Assembly: GCF_006345805.1 (NCBI RefSeq)
Contig: NC_043000.1
Span: 56,606,001-56,670,000 of the forward strand
Reading direction: 5' to 3'
DNA length: 64,000 nucleotides
From: Octopus sinensis
Taxonomy: Eukaryota
A program made the position numbers and the translations under genes. The notes beneath the pieces were generated by a model. It had not been told where the DNA came from and searched no databases. It saw only the letters and a list, made by a program, of their open reading frames with translations. Of the stretch, positions 55,125 through 64,000 are shown one piece after another; position 1 is the first letter of the stretch, and each line of letters begins with the position of its first letter.

Positions 55125-55860
55125 AGAGCTGTGACAATGACACAGATAACCACATTAGTCTGTCAAAGACCCAACAACTATGACAATAGTACTTACTTAG
55201 AAAAGTATGCATTTGCTTTTGCAAATCCAGGTACAGGATAAAACACCAAAATGCCTGATGTACAAAAGGGGTAGGGATGTGAGTAAAACACCTAGATTTG
55301 ACAACTGGTGCATATTCTGCAGAATTAACAATTGAAGACCTGACTTGCATCATAAGCAGCTGTCCCAAAATGTCATCATGATACAATTTTCTTATAGGGC
55401 ATACATTTCATAGAAAGGATAATCCTGAATATCGAAATACAAGGAATTAAAGCAATGTAAGAAAGTATTTTCATTCCTAATATGAAAGAATAGTAAAAAT
55501 GAATATGAAAAAAGAAAGGTATCAGCCAAAACTTCAATAAAATGTAGGCATAACAGACCAGACATAAGCATCTTCAGTTATTGTTAACATGCAATTAGAG
55601 ATAGAAGATAAAGAAAACATTCATACTGAACTAATAACAGATCTGCAGATAATATACTCAAGGAATAACTTTAAATTTATATTTGTTTATTAGAGCACTT
55701 GGTTATGTAATTACTTGCCTCTGCAACAATTTTGAGAAGCTGAGCTTCACAAAACAAGAAAGGACACAGCTACTTAGAAAATTACAATTCCAAGCAACTA
55801 AAGGAATTATGAAATTATGTAAAACATTTGAGAAGTTTAACTATCATATATATATACATA
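55125..55860 (+). mobile_element. Decayed 3' end of an RLE-type non-LTR retrotransposon (CCHC knuckle + restriction-like endonuclease)
   Basis: Frameshifted FAFA-IQVQD..KCLMYKRGRDVSKTPRFDNWCIFCRIN-IEDLTCIISSCPKMSS, HNRPDISIF, ALGYVITCLCNNFEKLSFTKQERTQLLRKLQFQATKGIMKLCKTFEKF. Confidence 0.75.
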
Positions 55861-57185
55861 CATACATACGAGCAAACAAATAGGCTCACACATGAAAATG
55901 GCAGGCACAAACTATTTCTGAGTTGGAGACCAACTCTTTCTTTATTTGTGAGAAATTTGAAAAATAATACAGGCACATGTAAATAAATAAGCTTATTATA
56001 GATGGATTTTCCCATCAAAGATGATATATGAGTGTTCAGCGTTTGCCAAACAACCTACACAAATGATTTGTTTATAGTGATCAAATGTTCATGTTATACA
56101 TCAGTTCACTCTCTCCATCAAACCGACATTGTCTGAACAGTTGCACTGTGTACCATGCATCAGGTGTTAAAGTGATTGCAGAGCAATGTGAGATGAAGTG
56201 TTTTGCTCAAGAACACAACACACCACTCAGTCTAGGAATTTAAATCACTGCCACCAGATTGTGAGTGCAACACCCTAACCACTAAGCCATGCACTCTCAT
56301 AAGTATATAATTAGATGATTATAAATTCATATTTACGTTGATAATTATGCGGCTGATTGTGAAAATAAATGTTTATGAATTGCAAAAAGCAAAGAGTTTT
56401 TAAGTAAAAAAAAAGGGACCAGCTGACACATTTTTCAAATACAGTCTGTAAGTGAAATAATAAAAATATGTCCAACTTCTTATTTTACTACCCAAATTCT
56501 AATGATGGAGACTTCATACATATGTTTCATTTTTAAGATTATCTCTACAGAATTTCTGTTGAAATTATAGCCAGCACTGAGTTGTTACAATGTTTTCCAT
56601 CTGAATACAGCTAATGTAAACAATGCAATCAAAGATTGCTAACACTGTAGGATGCAGTATTGACTTGTAAAGTCTTTAATATGTTTGGCTGCAATTTATG
56701 GTTGCATAATGAGAAACAGTATCCCTACAAGTAATTGAATTGTTTCATTATTTGAATGCTTCTTTGATGGAAGAATTCAAATTAAACAAGTAGGGATAGA
56801 ATATATCTATGAACAAATGCTTCAAAAGAAACAGCTACTCAACACAGAATAGAAGTATATATTTTTATCCATAATAATAAGTGTATTTCACAATGTTACA
56901 CATTTTGCAAAAGCAATCTGTAAGTAAAACAGTAAAAATATGGAAAACATTTCTAAAATTCAACATGTAAAAAAACTTCATTGGTAATTATCTAAAGTTC
57001 AGTGATGAAACTTTAATTCTTTGTTAAGAAACTAGCCTCTCTTTTATAGGAAGAATTTGAATAATTAAAGAAAGAATGATAAGAAGCATACATAGACATA
57101 TCAAAAGTAAATAGACATCCCTTATTTCACACGCGTGTGCACATAGTATATACATATTTGTGTGCATGCTTATGTGTGTGTGTGA

Positions 57186-57222
<37 letters not shown>

Positions 57223-57439
57223 CATACACACACTTGTGTTAGGGGGAATACTGAGTAAAAGCTGAAAATTCATCAAAATTTTCTTATACATACATCATAT
57301 ATTATATATATAAATATAATAGTAAATAAAAAAAAAGATTATACATGATCCAATAGAAGGTTTCCTAATACAAATCATAAATAATATGAAATTTATGATA
57401 TTATAAGAAAACAGCAAGATTAAAAATATTTTAAAATTC

Positions 57440-57799
57440 ACAAGAGCACTCAGAGAGCACACACCTCCACCAATGAGATTAGCCAGAGATGATTTTTAAA
57501 ATGAGAATATCTGAAATAAACTCGACTGCTCTCACAGAAGATAATACTAAAAATGAACCTGACCACTCTCAAAAATTAGGTTAAAAACAGGAAAAATAAT
57601 CCAGAATCCTTGTCTGGTACCGGATCAATCCCAAAAATCTAATTAGTTTGTGCCAGTCATGAGGCCAAACACCCCTGAAAGCTTCATACAAATCCATCCA
57701 GCGGTTCTTGAGATATCTTGTCCATGGACAGACAGACAGATAAACAAACAAACACAATTGAAAACAGTACCTCCACTTTTGCTAAGGTGGAGGTAACAA
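57440..57799 (+). mobile_element. Helentron-associated (HINE/DINE-1-like) non-autonomous element
   Basis: 5' ACAAGAGCACTCAGAGAGC..ACCTCCAC, internal (GACA)n/(AAAC)n, 3' stem-loop ACCTCCAC..GTGGAGGT (57769-57794). Confidence 0.55.
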
Positions 57800-58479
57800 G
57801 TATAGAATGAAAACATTAAGTACAAAGTTATGTAGAATTATAGCTCTCAAAATCAAAATTAATATCTACCCTTTAACTCATACAGTCATACATCAACCCC
57901 ACCTGCACCCCAGTCCCACCCCTTTACACAGTGATGGAACTGCCTGATCCTTATCCAAAGGACATAACTTTAATGAACACAAGATTTCATCTGTAAGTTT
58001 TCCTCATGTTTTCTTCTTTTTTTTAATTCCAGTTTTTCACAACTCCCAACAAACCAGATGTGACATTTCCTGACTTGCAGTAGCAAAGACCCATCACCAT
58101 ACTCTTCCTACCAGCCCTTCTTATGAGTGCCAAGACTTTTTTCCCCTATACTCTTGGGTTCAAAACCATCTATAGATGATCAAGCTAGATGATGCCTCTC
58201 TCATTCATTCTTTTATCATTTTGCTCTTTCACTGGTTTCAGTTATTGCACTGCATCCATGTTGAGACACTGCAAAGTTGACTTCAGCAGGATGTGAACCC
58301 CCTCACTATAAATATAATACATATATGAAGCTAACCAAATGCTATAAGATATTGTGCCTAATACTCTAATATATAACAGCAAGACATTCATTTTCTTGAG
58401 AAAAATAACTGTTCTTCTTTGATTTTTGCATTTTTATGCCAAGCTGTAAATAAAGAACTGCTGTAAGGAAATTACTTAC

Positions 58480-58529
58480 CTGATGTTATTTCCAAGATGC
58501 TTTGGTAAAAGCGAATCCAAACTTTCCTT
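58480..58529 (-). CDS. Probable coding exon ending in phase 2 ((K)ESLDSLLPKHLGNNI-R); acceptor unresolved (58529, 58526 or 58649)
   Basis: Strong donor CAG|GTAAGT at 58480; frame is compatible with the exons on both sides. The best pyrimidine tract gives acceptor 58649 but includes an in-frame TAA; the AAG acceptors at 58529/58526 are weak. Confidence 0.4.
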
Positions 58530-58700
58530 CTTCAGTGACACAACAGTTTTTCTCAACAACAATACCATTTACAGAACAATGACTATGTTATCTTTCATCA
58601 CATGTATATTTTTGACATAAAATCCATAACAGTTGCTCACAGTACGAAACTTTAAATGAGAAATATGAACAAACAACAAAGCTCAAAACTAAACACTTAC

Positions 58701-58859
58701 CTTTGTATTGTCAGTTGGCGCTTTAAATGCAGAGTGTAGATGATTCATCAGTGCAGAACCATTTCTTTCAATCAAGTTCACAACTGGAGCTGCAGTTGCA
58801 CTTATTTGTGTAGATGAAGCTTCACTTGAATCAATGAAAGGCTGCATGTCTAAGTTCAA
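58701..58859 (-). CDS. Internal coding exon (phase 0-0) of an unidentified minus-strand gene: LNLDMQPFIDSSEASSTQISATAAPVVNLIERNGSALMNHLHSAFKAPTDNTK
   Basis: Acceptor TTTTTCTTTTTTGTTTTCTAG and donor AAG|GTAAGT; 159 nt = 53 codons; only frame 0 is open; visibly more GC-rich than flanks. No family recognised. Confidence 0.8.
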
Positions 58860-59548
58860 CTAGAAAACAAAAAAGAAAAACTATTTAAGGTCTAAAAAAA
58901 TAGTTGTTTCTTAAAAATGACACCTGAATAAAAAAAAATAGCTAATATTTTCATTAGAATATGTACACTTGCAGTACTGATTACATTTTAACAGTTCTTC
59001 AGAGCAGAACTGGAAAATAAATCATTCCAGTAACACTCTCTGTTATGGTCACAACTTGCAACTGTAAGAAGCATGAAGTTCAGTAAAAGAAAAATATACT
59101 AGTTATGCACTGGGGTCGATATAATTGACTTAATCCATTTGTCTGTCCTTGTTTGTCCCCTCTGTGTGAAATAAGAAATAAGAAATTATGGGTAAGGATT
59201 TACAAGGTTGCTTTTCAGTCCTCATATATTCCCATATCATTTTATCAGCAGTTTGTGAGGATTGCATATTCCCAGCAAATACAAGATTATGACATATCCA
59301 CTAAAGGTCACTGTCCTCAGACTGGTCTACTTGTATAAGTAGCAAATCATGAGCTTTAGCTTTCTCTCCCTTCTCCACTAGAAATCATTCTCTTTCTATA
59401 TGAGTAGCTCTCAGGCTTTTTTTTTACATATGGACCCTTTTCATTACTTTTTTTACTCTGATGGACAGCCATCGTCAGTCTATGCTTAAAAACTAGTTTT
59501 ATAGATACATCTTTCAAAATTCCAATTTTGTTTTTCATGCAGACACTT

Positions 59549-59768
59549 ACTCTTTTACTTGTTTCAGTCATTTGATTGCAGCCATGCTAGAGCACCACCT
59601 TTAGTCAACCAAATTGACCCCAGGACTTATTCTTTGTAAGCCTAGTGCTAATTCTATCGGTGTGTTTTGCTGAACTGCCAAGTTACAGGGACATAAACGC
59701 ACCAGCATTGGTTGTCAAGCAATGTTGGGGGGACGAACATAGACACACAAGCATATACACACACATGC

Positions 59769-59799
<31 letters not shown>

Positions 59800-59968
59800 C
59801 ATATATATATACGATGGGCTTCTTTCAGTTTCCATATACCAAATCCACTCACAAGGCTTTGGTCAGCCCGAGGCTATAGTAGAAGACACTTGCCCAAGGT
59901 GCCACGCAGTGGGACTGAATCCGGAACCATGTGGTTTGTAAGCAAGCTACTTACCACACAGACACTCG
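59549..59968 (-). mobile_element. tRNA-derived SINE, family C
   Basis: Full-length copy. More diverged or partial copies at about 5379-5790 (+), 11122-11495 (-), 35350-35825 (-), 46090-46440 (+), 53993-54165 (-). Confidence 0.85.
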
Positions 59969-61497
59969 TGGAAGTTTGCAATCACACTGTCTGAGAAAAT
60001 ACGTTTCAGTGGCTGGAAATATGTTGAATTACATTAAGTGTTAGCGAAAGAAACCTAGTTGTTTCTTGCAATAAATATGTTTAAGGCAAAGTTTTTTTCA
60101 CTGACCCCTAAAATATTACCATGGACCCCCAATTTACTGTTTTGCTTATGTGAATCCCACCAAAAATTTTGTGTGCACTTCCAGGGATCATGTGGGCCCT
60201 GGTTGAGAAACTTCCAAACCACAGAAAAGTCTTGTAAAAAGTCTAATCCTAAATATACTGGATGATTCTCCCTCTTCTATATCATTATCAATGGACATCA
60301 GTTCAACCTCGATCCTACTCACCACTCCTTTCTCAAACAAAATTCAATCTTAACATCAACCGCATTGATTTCACTCGACTGAGAAAGTGTTCAATGATTA
60401 CGAGCCTTTCTCTTCCTTTTCTTATTCCTTTGATTAATTAATAAAATAAAATACAAAATAAAATTGATGATTTGTTCCTATTCCTAACAGCAGATATCCA
60501 ACCAAGAGAAATAAGCAACAGAAAACAAAATAAAATACCTTTTAGCAGGTTTTTACCTGTTTACGACCATATTTCTAACAAAATACGTTTTAGGATTTAA
60601 TTAATTTTGGATGATGAATTTTGTAAAATAACCCTTTATTTTTGTTCCATTTATTGGCATGTATAAATTTGGTCTTTTTAAACACAATGGAAAATATTTA
60701 TTTAAAATTATAATTGAGATTTTTAATTTAAACATGAACACTTTTAAAACGGACTTCTATATCATATAACCAAATACAATACCAGGTAGTTCAGTGTCCA
60801 AAGAGTTAGACTCAAGACCAATGATCTGTTAGAAAAGTACTATGTCTCACAAACTATTTTACTTGTATAACAAACTAGATTCAATATACTGCAATCAGGC
60901 TGATCTGCATTATACATCCTCAGCCATGACCACCAATCTAAACAAATGTCTGTGTGTGTGTGAGTGTGTTTGTGGGTGTATGTGGGTAAATATGTGTATG
61001 AATGAATGTAAAAAAAATTCTATTGATGTTTAACATACCAATTGTTACATGAACTAAAAAGAAATCAATTCCTACAACAACCTAACTATTTTGAAGAATA
61101 GTTGTAGATAAACTTCCTGAAATGATTACACTTCTCTCTTTATGCGATGGATTTAAACAAAATGTAAAATAGCTTTATCCACAAAACATGTATAAACACA
61201 AGTGCACACATAAACACATATATATTCTTATATATATATATTCTAGCATGTATGTATTTATGTATGTATACATACTTACACACACTCGTGTGCACACAAA
61301 CAACACACAAGATACAAGACATTTTTATTTGAGAGTAAAACATTCAAACTAAAACACTGGGAAGATTGTCTGAACAACTGCCATGAAACGGTACCATAAA
61401 CATTTAACAACAGTCTATAACATAAGGCCATTTATCTCTCAATGGGGAACCAGCAGGATGAAAAAAAAAATCAACTTAAGAATTATATTATTAGTAT

Positions 61498-61545
<48 letters not shown>

Positions 61546-62065
61546 TACGACAACAAATCCATTTAATGATTTATTCATAGTATTAACAAATTTGTATTTT
61601 ATTCAAGTTATTAATACAAGTGGGAAAAGAGAAAAACATATAGAATATCATGAAAATTAAGAATTACTGAAGCGAATTTCGACTGCAAAAGAAAATTTGC
61701 TATTTTAGGAGGCCTTTTTTTGTTTTGCTTTTTGTTTGTTGCTTTTTTTTTGCTTGTTTCCTCATTGACATGAAAAATTGCATAAAATGCACATATTGTT
61801 CCTTTTCCTCACCAAAGATAAACATGTCTCAATAAATTAAAACTATGCCATTCTTTATGGGTTTTTTTACTGCCAATGTTTAAACATGTTTATTTGTAAT
61901 TGTTTGTTTTGATTTCATTTATTTTCTGTTTCGTTTTGTTTTGCTTTTTCACATTTTTTTTTTACTTTTCTTTTGTAATTTTGCTTATTTTTTATCTACA
62001 GGAATTTTATTTACTGTTTATCTTAAAAGTAATTTCAAAATATTTTTTGAAATCATTATTATATC

Positions 62066-62105
<40 letters not shown>

Positions 62106-62131
62106 TTTGTATATTTCTGTGCATGTGTAAT

Positions 62132-62175
<44 letters not shown>

Positions 62176-63866
62176 TATGTACCTCTGTGTGTATGTACAC
62201 ATATACATACATAAATACATCATATATACATAGATCTATATGTGTGTATGTATGTATGCATGTATGTATGTTCTTTTTTTGTAATCTTTCACTTTTTATC
62301 ACTTTGCAATGATCAAGCCCATGGTTAATTGGAAAATGATTATTGGAATCTTTTCTGTATTATACACACAAAATTTTTTGGCAGATTTACAAGACTTCCA
62401 TAACATGTTCATTTGACAGAAGTCATGAAATATAACACAAAATATGAACAAGAAATGTTGCAAGGTATGAAGCCTTTAAAAACTCATTATAATTTGGACC
62501 AAATCATCTCTTGGCTATGAAACAGCAGACATAAAGTTTATTTATCTATTTATTTTCCACAAAATTATCTAAGCATATGCAACAAAATTTAAATCATTTT
62601 GATAGACTTCCTCATTGTTAGTTTCCTTTGTAGAGAAAGAAAGATAATATTTCTTAGATAGGATGATATTTGTGCTGAATTTCCCAGAAGGAATCTATGA
62701 TAAACATAGCTGACATATGTTCCTTTGCCAAGAAAATCAATTTTCAGAGAACATAAAACAAATGCATAACTGCAGAGAAGCAGATGTGCATACAAAATAA
62801 GCATACAGTTGATCGTAAATACAAATGTACACACGAATGGCTTCACTAAACAGTACAACATGAAGTGGTTTACAGAAAAATGATTGCCAAATGATTATGA
62901 CCCTAAGGGAGAAAAAGCAAACTTCCAAAGCCTGGCAAAATAGCAAGTATAATGCCACCAAATAGACAAATACAGACAATGTTCATGGCTGATGTCAAGC
63001 CTGTTCGAGTACATTTACATAGTTGTTTGACCTTCTGTGTTACAATTAAATTTCCACAACAAATTCTCTACTATTGCTACTATTACAACTACTACTATAT
63101 TTAAGATGGAGTGACAACAAAGATTTTAAGTCTTCAATCACAGATATAACATATTCTGTAAGCAAAATGACATTCCTTCCTTTTTTTACAATGTCAGGTC
63201 AATGAATGACTCCTAGTAACGTCTTTGAAAATTACATATAGTACTTGCTATGGAATTTTCAAGGAAAATATGCAGATGGTTCTCCATAACCTTCTCGTGA
63301 GTGCTTTTTGTTTGTTCTAATTTTTTTGTTTGTCTTTTAATTTTTGTCCTACAAGGCACCACTTCAGAAAGAATGATAAAGAATGAACGAAGAACAACAA
63401 ACCCCCAGTACTTCATTTATTGTTCCCAAAAAGATGAAAGGCAAAGTTGACATTTGTAAATCAATGTATCTATAAAGTTTTAAGACAGTAGGTCAGTGTC
63501 CTAACAAACCAAGTTTTTGCAGCATTGATAAGCTTTGCACTTGTTTATTGATGTTCCAGGTCGTACAACTATATCTAAAAATATGTTCTATATATGCTTC
63601 CAGAACTCCTTTACTCACCCTCAACATTCAGTCTCTAACATCCTATATCACTTATAATAAGTAATATGAAGTGTTACAGATATATAATATTGATTTCAAA
63701 GTTTTGCACAAGGCCAACAATTTTAGAGGTGTGGGTAAATGGATTACGTCTCAACAGGAACTTATCTTATCATCACGAAAAGGATGAAAGGTAAAGTTGA
63801 CCACAGCAGAATTTGATCTCAAAGGATATATAATATTGAAGTGACAACATTGTACTCCAACAGATA

Positions 63867-64000
63867 CAGGGGTTGGACAAAATAATGGAAACACCTTAAA
63901 ATTTCAAACAAATTTATTTTACTATGGGATAGGATCACCTTTGGCATTAATTACAGCTTGAATTCTATGATGTTTGGACTCATACAAAGTTTGAATTGTT
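63867..64000. mobile_element. End of a Tc1-like element, truncated by the window edge
   Basis: TA|CAGGGGTTGGACAAAATAATGGAAACAC, a typical Tc1 terminus. Confidence 0.65.

Noticed and set aside
55093-55386. 97-aa minus-strand ORF and a candidate exon with donor AA|GTAAGT near 55197
   Set aside because: It is the antisense of the decayed RLE-type LINE on the plus strand.

Overview
AT-rich, microsatellite-saturated animal genomic DNA. The SINE/MITE repertoire matches what I recall of Octopus (coleoid cephalopod); this is an inference, not a database result. Most of the window is intron/intergenic sequence made of tRNA-derived and other SINEs, piggyBac/Tc1-mariner/hAT-type MITEs, a non-autonomous Helitron, decayed RLE-type, RTE and Penelope-like retroelements, and simple repeats. 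Almost all ORFs in the supplied track are microsatellite or repeat read-throughs. The only well-supported host coding sequence is the 3' part of a minus-strand spliced gene of unknown identity (exons 58701-58859, one ending at 58480, 43586-43654, terminal exon from 37567). No CRISPR array, rRNA or bona fide tRNA gene is seen. Most notable oddities: an exon candidate with one in-frame TAA, a minimal hammerhead-like motif in a Penelope remnant, a 94-bp hairpin-unit tandem array at a LINE junction, and a densely structured ~550-bp retroposon present twice.
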